From IMG/VR virus record IMGVR_UViG_3300010352_000625, positions 96,001 to 160,000 of that record: 64,000 nucleotides of DNA; one strand, 5' to 3'. Of this stretch, positions 22,811 through 33,905 are shown one piece after another (positions within the stretch are counted from its first letter, which is position 1; each line of letters begins with the position of its first letter). The notes under the pieces were generated by a model, which did not search any database, was not told the origin of the DNA, and worked only from the letters and a program-made list of their open reading frames with translations. Made by a program: the position numbers and the translations under genes. The DNA comes from a virus (taxonomy: Duplodnaviria > Caudoviricetes).

Positions 22811-23404
22811 ATGTATTATATCGGTATTGACGTTGGATTAAACGGCTCTATATGTATCTTAAATAATCAAGGTAAATTAGAAAAATCACTTAAAATGCCC
22901 GTAGTAAAGATAGAAGAAGGTGCTTATAAACACTGGTACAATGTTAATGAGATTATCGATATATTTAATAATTATAAAGACAGTAAAATTATTTTAGAAT
23001 ATCAAAGACCTATGCCAGGACAAGGTTCAGCGTCTATGTTTCGTTTAGGTAGAGGATTTGGATTGTTAGAAGGTATTACTACCACTATATATAAAGATAA
23101 CGTTACAATTACTGATCCTAAGATTTGGCAAAATTATCTAAGTAATAAATATTTAACTAAAGATATATCAAATGCTTTTAAGAAAAAAACTTTAAATTAT
23201 AATATTGTTATAGACACAATAGCTGATGATACTTATAAAACATGGTTTTTAAAGTATATCACCATGAAATCTATATCACCAGCTAAGATTAAAAGTTCTT
23301 ATTTATATTATATTATTACCAATACAGATAAAGATATATTAGATTTTAAAGATAATAATATTGTTGATGCTTATTTAATATCTAAATATTGTTATCTTAC
23401 CTAG
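22811..23404 (+). CDS. RuvC-like Holliday junction resolvase
   Basis: YIGIDVG..G; LE; SMF..GRGFG..EG; P..WQ; VDAYLI. Confidence 0.75.
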   Translation: MYYIGIDVGLNGSICILNNQGKLEKSLKMPVVKIEEGAYKHWYNVNEIIDIFNNYKDSKIILEYQRPMPGQGSASMFRLGRGFGLLEGITTTIYKDNVTITDPKIWQNYLSNKYLTKDISNAFKKKTLNYNIVIDTIADDTYKTWFLKYITMKSISPAKIKSSYLYYIITNTDKDILDFKDNNIVDAYLISKYCYLT

Positions 23405-24146
23405 CTTTTTTCTTTTTAACATTAGGAAATTCAACGGACATAATTATATCGATAGCTGTATACACACTATCAAGAGTATCTTCATTTTTAATTACATAAT
23501 CAAATTTAAAATTATCTAACCCTGTTTCAGATATATCATTTTTGGTGTCTGAATCCATTTCTCTATGAGCATAATTAGGGCCCTTTATGCATATATTTAG
23601 TTGCTTATTTAGATTAAAATCTGGATAGAACATATGCAATTTTTCAGCAAATTTTGTTATTTCATTTTCATGTCTGCAATCAACCAAGCATATATTTTTA
23701 TACATTCTGCCTTGAATTATAGAAGAACTAAATTCACGATTATAATTAATAAGTCTATCTATCCAAAAATCTGGGGCAAAAGTTCTAAATGCTAATCCTA
23801 CTTGTTGTAGTAATTTTCTCCCTTTTAAATCTTTATTGCCATCCCAACCATATTCTAATAATAAATATTTTAGTTCAGTAGCAAAACTAAAATTAGGAAA
23901 ATCATAATTTTCAAAAAGATACTTAGCAACCGTGTCTTTACCAGAACCTACTTTACCAGATAAACATATCAAATTATAATTAGTATTACCAGTACCGATG
24001 TAATTATTTTTTAATTCTAAATTATCTATATGATGTACACATTTTTCACATCGATAAAATTCATCAGTGTCGTGATAATATAAACAATCATTAAATGTAC
24101 AATAGGGAATTTTATTAGGCATATATTTTATTCTTCCATTTCTCAT
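23397..24146 (-). CDS. Deoxynucleoside monophosphate kinase
   Basis: LSGKVGSGKDT P-loop; R.LLQ.VG; DCRHENE; SE.GLD. Confidence 0.85.
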   Translation of the reverse strand: MRNGRIKYMPNKIPYCTFNDCLYYHDTDEFYRCEKCVHHIDNLELKNNYIGTGNTNYNLICLSGKVGSGKDTVAKYLFENYDFPNFSFATELKYLLLEYGWDGNKDLKGRKLLQQVGLAFRTFAPDFWIDRLINYNREFSSSIIQGRMYKNICLVDCRHENEITKFAEKLHMFYPDFNLNKQLNICIKGPNYAHREMDSDTKNDISETGLDNFKFDYVIKNEDTLDSVYTAIDIIMSVEFPNVKKKKAR

Positions 24147-24696
24147 AAAAATTTGGGTCTTTTAATTTTTCTTTAACATCATCTAATTCATAATACATTG
24201 TCACTTCAATTGGATATCCCATTTGTTTTTGATGTAATGCATAAGCTACAATCCACCAGTGTCTCGCATTAATTGATAAATTTCCTAAATTACCGTGATA
24301 TTGATAAAAAATATGACACTGTTTACATGAATTAATGGCGTGCATTATTTCACCACAAGAACCTGTTGAAGGTTTATTGGATAATACGCATACAACAACA
24401 TCTGAACTATCAATTTCATCAATCTCACTTTTCATCATGCCCATACAATCAGTTGTAGTATGATTACCAAAACTATCATGTTCACACCAAAATGGTCCTG
24501 TATATATAATATCTAGACCATGATTAACAATTACTTCTTCTTGTCTTTTAAATAATTTATTAACATCTTCTAATATTGATATTCTATAATCTTTTTTAAG
24601 TGCTTCAATTACATCATCGTCATTATCCCAATTAAAACCAAACGTGTCTTCACCAAATGTACCACTAAAAAATACTTTCAATCTGTTGTCATTCAT
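24115..24696 (-). CDS. Nucleoside 2-deoxyribosyltransferase-like protein
   Basis: IDSSDVVV.......STGS.GEI..A motif. Confidence 0.55.
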   Translation of the reverse strand: MNDNRLKVFFSGTFGEDTFGFNWDNDDDVIEALKKDYRISILEDVNKLFKRQEEVIVNHGLDIIYTGPFWCEHDSFGNHTTTDCMGMMKSEIDEIDSSDVVVCVLSNKPSTGSCGEIMHAINSCKQCHIFYQYHGNLGNLSINARHWWIVAYALHQKQMGYPIEVTMYYELDDVKEKLKDPNFYEKWKNKIYA

Positions 24697-24710
24697 AACA
24701 TCAACTCTCT

Positions 24711-25769
24711 TTACTTCTTTTTTATTTTAGAATTTAATATTGCGTATTTAAGATAAGGTGTTACTTTTCTTGTTAATTCTTCTTTTAATTTAAATACTCC
24801 ATATTTATCCAATATATCAGATGGATCTTCATTAGATAATTCAATTATATTAACAGATGGAAAATATTTAATAAGATGTTCCGCTAACATTCGGTTAGAA
24901 ATATAAATATCATTATCTTTCTTTTTACTGTCTAACGTTATATATATTTTAGTGTTAGTTGGAAATTTATCTGATATAAAATTAACTACTGACTTACCTT
25001 TATTCTTACCGAACATACACATAGAAACATAGTTGCCCATTGCATAATTGATAGCATAACTATCAAAATAACCTTCAGTAAGATATATACTGTTTGTTGA
25101 CATATTATTAATAACTTCATCATAAAAACCAATCAAACAAGGTGATTTTCGAACAACTTTCATATTATATCGTGCATAATTATCATTCTTATTATATAGT
25201 CTTCCCATATAAGCTACGATAAGATCATTCATAATTATAGGAATATATATATAATGTTCATCTGTCATGTAATTTTCTATTTCATTTGCATTGTTATACA
25301 CTCTTTTAAGAGCATATTTTTTAGCTTCTGTGATATTATGAATACTAACCATATTATTCTGAGTAATGAAATTTTTAACTATATTATCATTACTAATTTC
25401 ATCAACTTTTACTTCTAAAGTTTCCTGTTCAGCATTATTGTTTCTTAATATAGTTTTAATATTATAAATTGATATATCATTTAACGATGCTAATAAATCC
25501 AAAAATTTATCATATAGATTAAATATTTTCATCAACTTAGATATTGAACCTTGTTCTTCGCACTTATAACAACGATAATTACCCCAATCTAAATTAATAA
25601 TCATCTTATGTTTATGTTTGTCTTTATCACAATATGGACAATTAATTAATATTTTATATGGATTTTTATCAACTTTACAATTTGATATATTACTAGTAAT
25701 AAATTGTTTAATATCATTAATATTATTAAGTATAATTTTATTAAACTTTTTTTTATTAGCTACCATCAT
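24711..25769 (-). CDS. DNA primase (zinc finger plus TOPRIM)
   Basis: CPYC...CYKC zinc finger; YLTEGYFD; LD; DPSD. Confidence 0.8.
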   Translation of the reverse strand: MMVANKKKFNKIILNNINDIKQFITSNISNCKVDKNPYKILINCPYCDKDKHKHKMIINLDWGNYRCYKCEEQGSISKLMKIFNLYDKFLDLLASLNDISIYNIKTILRNNNAEQETLEVKVDEISNDNIVKNFITQNNMVSIHNITEAKKYALKRVYNNANEIENYMTDEHYIYIPIIMNDLIVAYMGRLYNKNDNYARYNMKVVRKSPCLIGFYDEVINNMSTNSIYLTEGYFDSYAINYAMGNYVSMCMFGKNKGKSVVNFISDKFPTNTKIYITLDSKKKDNDIYISNRMLAEHLIKYFPSVNIIELSNEDPSDILDKYGVFKLKEELTRKVTPYLKYAILNSKIKKK

Positions 25770-25863
25770 CTTATATCATTCCTTAGTTGTTTGTTATTAT
25801 ATATTATAACACATATACTATCGGTTGTCAATGTTAATCTAACAATTTATTTTTTGTTCTTTC

Positions 25864-26415
25864 TTATATTCTTCTCAACATTTCTTTTTTTAGCTGTCTT
25901 TTCTTTGCTCTACTTAATGGATTAACATTTTTAGTGTGCTTATCGGCTATACAACTTGCTGTATATGCTTCTGGTTTAATTTTAACATTATAACCTGAAC
26001 CTCTAATCATACCAACTGCACCTTGAATAACAGCACGACTTTCACCATCTACGCCAACATCTACGTGAATTTCTAGACTTTTTAAATTAATAAAAGTATT
26101 CAGATGTTCTCCATGATTAGTTATTTCTGTCATAAATTTACTTGCAAATTCAAGACTTAATGAAGCTTCAGTATATAATCTTTCTTGTAATGATACTTTA
26201 CTAGCTATCTTAGATTTATCATAGAAATAGATTCCTCCATGACCAACACAACAACAAGCTACAACTGTAACATACACAATATTATTACCATATACTTGTG
26301 AATCAGTACCTATAATAAATTTATACTTAACATTATTACCGTTCTTATTTATATAATCAGCTATTTTATTAACTACTTCTTTTAATTCTAATTGTCCATA
26401 CGTAGGACTTATCAT
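25864..26415 (-). CDS. RNase H-like YkuK/DUF458 protein
   Basis: IGTDSQ; GGIYFY; EA..S; EIHVD.G..G.S; KP.A..AS..AD. Confidence 0.85.
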   Translation of the reverse strand: MISPTYGQLELKEVVNKIADYINKNGNNVKYKFIIGTDSQVYGNNIVYVTVVACCCVGHGGIYFYDKSKIASKVSLQERLYTEASLSLEFASKFMTEITNHGEHLNTFINLKSLEIHVDVGVDGESRAVIQGAVGMIRGSGYNVKIKPEAYTASCIADKHTKNVNPLSRAKKRQLKKEMLRRI

Positions 26416-26434
26416 ACTTACACCAACTTTTTAT

Positions 26435-27041
26435 TTAATTTATTCTAGTGTATAATGTATCAAATTGTAAAGGTGAATATACATTTATAGTATTATCACG
26501 ATTAATAACTATATAATCATTTTCATTAATATTAATAGTATCTCCAGTGGATGTTATATATTCACCTGCTATAACTTCACCACCGTATTGGCTCCACAAA
26601 GTTACAGTATTTTCCTTAATTTCAATTGAATTATTAATTATTTTACGTATAAAACTTGGTACACCATAATTATAATTTATTCTTGTGAATTGCCAATATT
26701 CAACAACACTATCATTTTTATAGCATTTCATGTTTATATCAACCTTTTTATTTAATTTTATCAAACATACTGTTAAATAGATTTGGTTTTAATACATCTA
26801 CATTTCCTTTTCTATTCACAACAATATAATCATTTTCATTTATTGCAACTTCTCTACCATCTATTCTTTTGAGAACACCATAAAATTCTTTATTATAAGA
26901 AGTCATAAAGATAGATATACCTGTATACTTGTTATTATAATACCCTATGCTTTTAATAAAATTAGGTATATCATGTTTCATATAATTCTCTCTAGTAAAC
27001 TGCCATATATTATATCCGTCAGATTTTTTATAACATTTCAT
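26435..27041 (-). CDS. Two tandem paralogous small proteins (26435-26764 and 26748-27041)
   Basis: Both share MKCYK...WQFTR.NY...P.FI...INENDYIV.NR. Confidence 0.65.
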
Positions 27042-27191
27042 TTTATTTTTTACTCCATACCCATATAGGTTCTACAAATACTCAATAATTTATTAACATC
27101 TTTAGTGATTAATATTTTATACCCTATATATTTCATCCACGACAAATCAAATACAGGGTCACCACGTTCTGTTATTCCAATATTCATTCTA

Positions 27192-27740
27192 TTATCCTCT
27201 ATTACATATTTTTAAAATTTCTTTTACTACTTTATCATAATCTTCTTCTATACCTTTTATTTCTATATAAGGTATATTATTATCATTTAATATTTCTTGT
27301 TTAATTCTATCAGCAATTTGTTTACTTTCATCTTCACTATGTAGTCTACCATTAGGATTATACGGTTTTGCTCTGTTTATATATATATTTAAATTATATT
27401 CCTGTTTATGATATGCTAATACTAAATCATTAAAATGTTTAACGATATCTGGGTTTTTGTTTGAGTTATAAAATATAGACAACAACAAGGGCGAATCAGT
27501 AACTATGACATCAACTTTACCTTTAACTCTTGATTGTCTAAATAATTGTTTAGCAAAAATATACGGTTGACATTTAAATACTTCTGTAGATTCTTCCCAA
27601 ACCTTATCTTTTGCAAATTCGGTAACTAACTCACAGTCAACATTATTCATTTTTAATTTAGAAAATATATAAGCTGAACCCGTAGATTTACCACTACCTG
27701 GGGCTCCAAATAAATTAACAATTAATGTTTTTTTATCCAA
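27192..27740 (-). CDS. P-loop kinase (AAA_28/NadR-like)
   Basis: NLFGAPGSGKST; EFAKD.VW; TDSPLL; GR...E. Confidence 0.8.
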   Translation of the reverse strand: MDKKTLIVNLFGAPGSGKSTGSAYIFSKLKMNNVDCELVTEFAKDKVWEESTEVFKCQPYIFAKQLFRQSRVKGKVDVIVTDSPLLLSIFYNSNKNPDIVKHFNDLVLAYHKQEYNLNIYINRAKPYNPNGRLHSEDESKQIADRIKQEILNDNNIPYIEIKGIEEDYDKVVKEILKICNRG

Positions 27741-27792
27741 TATGATTAATCTCCTTTTTGTTCATTCATTTAACCACCTTATATACTATTAT

Positions 27793-28122
27793 TTATATGA
27801 TACTATATAATCTATCTATAACATCTTGTGCAGTATGACCGTCATATTCAAAAAAGGCTTTTGGATATTCAGGAATATTAAATAAATCCCAATCTTCTAT
27901 TTTATAATGATTTGAAATCTGCCCTGTAGGTAATAAAGCTACCACTATAAAATATTTACCATCAAAACATAATTCTCCATTATTATGTTTTTTAGATTTA
28001 TGAACATTATATTTATGATGTTTAGCCCATTCATTAAATAATAAAGCATTGTATAACTTTCTAAATTCATATAATTCATTAAATGTATGATAGCCATCTG
28101 AAATATTACCTGTATTATTCAA
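27793..28122 (-). CDS. WDGH-domain-like phage protein
   Basis: SDGYHTFNELY...LPTGQIS.HY...YDGHT. Confidence 0.7.
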   Translation of the reverse strand: MNNTGNISDGYHTFNELYEFRKLYNALLFNEWAKHHKYNVHKSKKHNNGELCFDGKYFIVVALLPTGQISNHYKIEDWDLFNIPEYPKAFFEYDGHTAQDVIDRLYSII

Positions 28123-28233
28123 TTATTATCTACTCCATTACTATTCAATTATTTTTAATTCTTCATATTCTTCATCTGTTAAATCGATTTCACTTTTAAT
28201 TTTATAAATTAAATTATTTATCATTTAGATTTT

Positions 28234-29079
28234 TCACATTTCATGAAATTTTATATATAAACTATCATATACTATGTTATTTTTATTATTCTTCAATCTT
28301 CTAAAACTACTATTCCCACTTCTTATATATATGTGTTCATTATATAAATCTATTGGTATATCTAAATAAGTATTATTCATATTACCGCTTATACCATTAA
28401 ATGATAAAATATAATTACATTTAATTGTTTTTAACCAACTCCAAAATATATTATAATTTATTGTTCCAAAATACATACCTTTAGTATTATAATACGGAGG
28501 GTCTAAATACAAAAAATCATCTTTATTAGTAGGATGAATGTTTATATAATCTATGCAGTCAAAATGAACATTATATTTTTTTAATATTTCACTCCAATTA
28601 AATACTATGTCATAAAATTTCTTAGGTGATATTCCAGGTCTAGTAAAATGACATGAAGCATTAAATTCACCTTTTTTGTTATATCTAGATATTCCGTTAA
28701 AGGCAGTTCTGGTAATAAATAAATAGTCTAAAGGATTATGCTCAATATTGTATCTATCACGTATTTCATTGAAAAATATTTTTCTATATTGTATATCTTT
28801 GCTATTAAATTCAGTATATAAATTACTATAATGCTGATATACCGTTTCCGGATTATTTTTAATAATGTTAAACAACTGAATTAAATCATTGTTAATATCA
28901 CTACAATAATAATTATTGACGTTGATATTAATATTATTATCTAATAATCCTTTTAACACACTAGCTCCACCGCAAAACGGTTCATAATAATTATTAATAT
29001 TTTTATTAAAATATTTTAGTATTTCGTTAGTTTGAGTTCGTTTACTGCCACTATATTTAATTATTGGTGAATTGAATAT
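28234..29079 (-). CDS. dam: Dam-like DNA adenine methyltransferase (D12 class); N-terminus extends 40 codons past the listed start
   Basis: In-frame upstream IKYSGSK...YYEPFCGGASV; YLDPPY catalytic motif. Confidence 0.85.
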   Translation of the reverse strand: MFNSPIIKYSGSKRTQTNEILKYFNKNINNYYEPFCGGASVLKGLLDNNININVNNYYCSDINNDLIQLFNIIKNNPETVYQHYSNLYTEFNSKDIQYRKIFFNEIRDRYNIEHNPLDYLFITRTAFNGISRYNKKGEFNASCHFTRPGISPKKFYDIVFNWSEILKKYNVHFDCIDYINIHPTNKDDFLYLDPPYYNTKGMYFGTINYNIFWSWLKTIKCNYILSFNGISGNMNNTYLDIPIDLYNEHIYIRSGNSSFRRLKNNKNNIVYDSLYIKFHEM

Positions 29080-31199
29080 TTAAATCGACCTCTCAATTTC
29101 TTTCTCTACATATTCTATTATATTACCAGTTTTTTCATCAATATAATTAGTAACTTCCATCGTAACAACTTTAGTTGTTTTTTCTATTTTAACTTTTCTT
29201 GGTTGATAATGAAATGAATTTTCTTGATATTCAGTTAAACCTTTTTCCCATTCTAAAATATAAGTTTGATTATTAAACTCAATTATAGAAGAAACAAATC
29301 TACTCCAACGACCGTCATCACCTTCAATATCTTTAATTGAATACTCCTGTAAATAAGATAATTCACTTTCAAATAGATTTGTTCCATCATTAAGTTTTTG
29401 TATTATTTCCATATCTTCTTCATTCATTTTTCATTCCCCCTTACTATTTTATACAGTGAATATATTATAGAAAATACTATTGATATAAATGATATTAACA
29501 CAATTCCACAATTAAATAACATATTTAATTCCACATAGACGTTAAATGTGTACCTAACAAATTAAGACCAACATTCACTTTATCAATATAATCTTTGTTT
29601 TCTTTATTTTTTTCTATATTATCTAAACTAATTTCTTCTAAAGCAAATATTATAGTATTCATAATACTACAATACATTTCAAAAGACATATTTCCCGGCA
29701 TCCCAAGTTTATTTTTATTATATTTTTTAATTGTTGGTAATATAGCATTAGCAATATCTTTAGTCATAAAATTACTAAAAATACATAAACCATAATCTAA
29801 TTTTAATAAATTATAATCATCATTCACACAATTATCATTATATCGATTACTAGCAATTTCGTCTAATGACCAAATAGCATTATCTAACATTTTATCAAAT
29901 ATAAAATCTTGAATATCTTTTGGATATTCAGTTCTATTTTCTCTACGTTTTTTGATTAATGGTAGTGCTAATTGTGCTACTATTTCAAACTCATCGTAAT
30001 ATTCTCGTTCAATATTTTCCATCATATTACAAATTCACCATCTTTTTTGATATTATATTTTTTATACAATAAACAATGTTCACAATAAATTTCACACATA
30101 GTGCAACAAGTACATCCACTATTTAATATTTCTTCTATAGATGGTTTGTTATTTGTTTCAATCATTTTATAATTTATTCTAATTTTATCTATAATAAGTA
30201 TAGATATTATTGCAATGTATATCTATTTCGATGATCATTTCCATTTCACCAAACAAAACATATTCTATTTTTCTAGCTAATGGTAAACTTTTCTTTTTAA
30301 TTATATATTTATTATCAATATCTAGATTATATTTTTTAAGTATTTTATTTAGTTTCTTTATATTTTCTTCTAACAATACTATATTAGCTTCAGCTTTGAT
30401 TGGTTTAATAAAATAGTATATCAAATTATATATGAATTTAAAAGGATATATAAGTATATTAAATATATAATTAAATATTCTATCTAGATTAAAAATCATA
30501 TTATTTATCCAACAATCTTCTAACCAACTATATGGTACTATATATTTCATGAATACATTACTGAAAACGTTTTCGATTAGATATTCAACTGATGTATATA
30601 TGGGAATAGTAATAGTCTTACTATTGGTATTATCAAAATCTTTATATTCATATACAGTTACATTACAAGCAGGATTGTCGCACTCACAATAAAATATCTT
30701 AGTTTTACATTTATTCATATATTTTATTCTCCTATTTAATTATATATATTATAACACAATCTCTGTTATATGTCAATTAGTAATTTAGTAAGTCAACAAT
30801 TTTTTTAAGTGTTTTATATTCAGTTTCATAAATATGAGAATAACTAGTTATATCAACAATATGTTCATCATAATAACTCATTGAAACTAAATACCAATCT
30901 GGACCTTGAAAAATATAATCGTGACAATTTTTCTCATATTCAGGAAGTATTTTTAATAATGCATTAAATTCTTTTTGATTATTAATGTAATAAGCTATAT
31001 CATAATCGTAATTATAAGAGTTTTCTGTTATATCTGTTAATTCAATATGTTTTGTTCTTTCATGAAACTTTCTATATTCTTCTTTTTCATCCATTTTATT
31101 TTCATAAATGTTACATTTATCATAAGTATCAAATTCAGTACCATCTTCTACAATATAGATTTTACTTTTTGTAACTGTTATATTATTAACTATCTTCAT
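29080..31199 (-). CDS. Hypothetical proteins (29080-29427, 29525-30025, 30185-30718, 30777-31199)
   Basis: Co-oriented ORFs with RBS-like sites; no recognisable motifs. Confidence 0.5.
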
Positions 31200-32200
31200 T
31201 ATAATCTCTTTCCTTCGTATAATCCAAGTAAAGATGATAGAGTATCTTCTTCTGATATTACTTGACCATCTAATACCTGACTTAATATATTTCTTTTACT
31301 GTCAATCATTATTTTCTACATTAGGTTTTTGATAATTATAATTAAATATATTCATATTAAATTCTGGCTGTTTTATTTCTATTCTTTTACTATCAGCTAT
31401 TCTTTTATAAAATTTCAAATCTTTTTCTTTAGGATTAGCTAAATTTTTATATTTATCAAATAAATTAAGTATCACACTAGCTTTTTTATTTAATGGATAT
31501 ATATATCTGAACATTAATCCATAAACTTTAGAATATTCTTATATTCGCAGTAATTATAAGTGAGCCAAAATAATTTATCTTTATTTTCATATTTTTCATT
31601 TTCTCTTAATAATAAACGAGAACTTCTAGGATGAATCTTCTCACCAGTATTATTATCTATATAAACAGAAGTTAGAAAATTGCCTATATATCTAAAATTA
31701 CTAGCTTGATAAACATAACCACATTTGCCCATTATACCATCAGCTAGTGTATATAAAAATAAACAATCAGTATTTTGTTTCATCCATTTAATTAATGCTG
31801 ATATAACTTGACTACCAAAATTTTTAGTATTATTATATTTAGGTAAAAAACACATCTTTCCTATTTCATAATAATCTTTTGTTTTTAAATCATAATCAGG
31901 AAATATTTTTTGTATAGTTTTTAATGGTTGAGTTCCCCATCCTAAAGTAACTACACCACTTAATTCATTATCCAGATACACACCAATATAATATTTAGTT
32001 AATCGTGGTAGAATTTTGCTGTAATGATACTGTCTAATAAAGTCTATAGCTATTTTTTTGTCAATTTCTTTCAGTTTAATTTTATTCATTATAATCCCTT
32101 TCCTTCGTATAATCCAAGTAAAGATGATAGAGTATCTTCTTCTGATATTACTTGACCATCTAATACCTGACTTAATATATTTCTTTTACTGTCAATCATT
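31195..32200. repeat. 116-bp direct repeat (31195-31310 and 32085-32200) of the helicase 3' end flanking the mom-like gene
   Basis: Copies are identical except for 1 mismatch. Confidence 0.9.
31302..32089 (-). pseudogene. Mom-like adenine-modification (GNAT) gene split by a frameshift
   Basis: A..FI..YHYS, GVVT.GWG, EI..M, TLAD....G.VYQASNF.Y.G; the frame switches at ~31530 into KVYGLMFRYIYPL. Confidence 0.65.
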
Positions 32201-33879
32201 TTAGCTAGTTCCATTTCTATTGTATTCTCAGCTAAGAGATACCAAATGTTTACAGCATTTTTCTGACCCATTCGGTGGCAGCGATCTTCCGCTTGTTCTA
32301 GTTCACCGGGTGTCCACGGTAATTCTAGAAAAACAATATTGCTACTTGCAGTTAAAGTTATACCAACTCCCGCCGCTTTGATATTACCAACAAACAATCT
32401 TATATTTTTATCATTCTGAAATTTTTCTACTATAGTCTGTCTCACTTCACCGGTAGGTACACTGCCATCTATCTTAACAGCTATATCACCAAATTCTTCC
32501 ATTAACGCACTTATTATTTCTTTGTGTACAGCAAACACTACTAATTTACCATCGTAGTCAGCTAGAAAATTCTTAATCCATTGTATACTATTAGCTAATG
32601 CCCCACGTACAGCAAGCAATCTAAGTGTACCTACTTTAACTAATTTCTCAGCACTACTAGCTCTTTCAGCCGCTCTCTTACCTTTATTTTCTCTTATCCA
32701 TTCAATAAAATCATTTTCCGCTTTATTATAATCAGATATGTTAGTTAAATCTAATGATACAAATGTTCTTCTTTTTTCTGGTAAATCTTCGATAACATCT
32801 TCTTTTTTTCTTCTTATCATTATATTACTAAGTATATCATATAGTTCTTCTAGATTACTTCCACCTTTATATTCCCATCCATATCCATTAAAATAAGCAT
32901 CGCAATATCTTTGTGCATATGATTGAAATGAACCAAATAATTCTGGCTCAACTAATTTAATACTGTTGTATAATTCAGCAGGTCTGTTAATAGCAGGTGT
33001 ACCACTCATAGGAATAATATGTTTAGTTTTCTTTGCTATATGTTTAACACCTTTAGTTCGTTTAGTTGTAGATGTTTTAATAGCATGACATTCATCTAAT
33101 ATCAATACTTTGGGATTAATATTAGCTATTTCTTTTCTCCATGCGTATACTATATCATAATTTACTATTATTATATCAGATGATTTTTTTAGTTTTTTAG
33201 TTTTTTTACCTTCAAGTATTTGTATATCTCGTTTTGTTAATAGCCATTTATCTGCTTCTTTTTTCCAGTTATATTTAAGTGTAGCTGGTACTACAATAAC
33301 AACAGGAGTTAATTCGGGATGATTAGATATGTAGGTAAGTACAGTTATTGTTTTACCAGTACCCATTTCGTCACCTACAATAACATTACCATTTCTAGAT
33401 TCAATAAATCCAACACCTTCTTTTTGAAATTCCATTAATGATAATCCTTTAGGTACTTTAATATTATCAGTATTATATTTTTTTGGAGTATTTCTTTTAG
33501 TTACAACTTTAATTAACTGCTCATGTTTAATCTTTAGTTTACTATCTAGATTAAAATTTAAAGTAACTAAACTATTAATATTATTTAAAGTACATGTACA
33601 AGTCCAGTATTTACCATCAAGTATATATTTTCTACCATCCAGATTTTTTATTTGTGCTACTAATTCAGCATCGTAGTTAAATTTAATTATAATTTTTTTA
33701 CCATCTAATGTAGCTTTTCTAGACTTATCTTTTATTGTAATTTCAGGTATAGAAATATCAACTATTTCTTTTTTAGAAACAGTTGATTTTTTATCTGTAT
33801 TACTGATTTTTTTTGTATTAGATAAATTATCTTTTTTATCTTTTAGTAATTTACTATACTTATCTTTAATAGTTGACAA
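32089..33879 (-). CDS. SNF2/HARP-like helicase
   Basis: GDEMGTGKT, DECH, SGTP, GVGITLT, QAEDRCHRMGQ. Confidence 0.9.
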   Translation of the reverse strand: MSTIKDKYSKLLKDKKDNLSNTKKISNTDKKSTVSKKEIVDISIPEITIKDKSRKATLDGKKIIIKFNYDAELVAQIKNLDGRKYILDGKYWTCTCTLNNINSLVTLNFNLDSKLKIKHEQLIKVVTKRNTPKKYNTDNIKVPKGLSLMEFQKEGVGFIESRNGNVIVGDEMGTGKTITVLTYISNHPELTPVVIVVPATLKYNWKKEADKWLLTKRDIQILEGKKTKKLKKSSDIIIVNYDIVYAWRKEIANINPKVLILDECHAIKTSTTKRTKGVKHIAKKTKHIIPMSGTPAINRPAELYNSIKLVEPELFGSFQSYAQRYCDAYFNGYGWEYKGGSNLEELYDILSNIMIRRKKEDVIEDLPEKRRTFVSLDLTNISDYNKAENDFIEWIRENKGKRAAERASSAEKLVKVGTLRLLAVRGALANSIQWIKNFLADYDGKLVVFAVHKEIISALMEEFGDIAVKIDGSVPTGEVRQTIVEKFQNDKNIRLFVGNIKAAGVGITLTASSNIVFLELPWTPGELEQAEDRCHRMGQKNAVNIWYLLAENTIEMELAKMIDSKRNILSQVLDGQVISEEDTLSSLLGLYEGKGL

Positions 33880-33905
33880 AGATAATCAAATCCTTATTAT
33901 AAATT

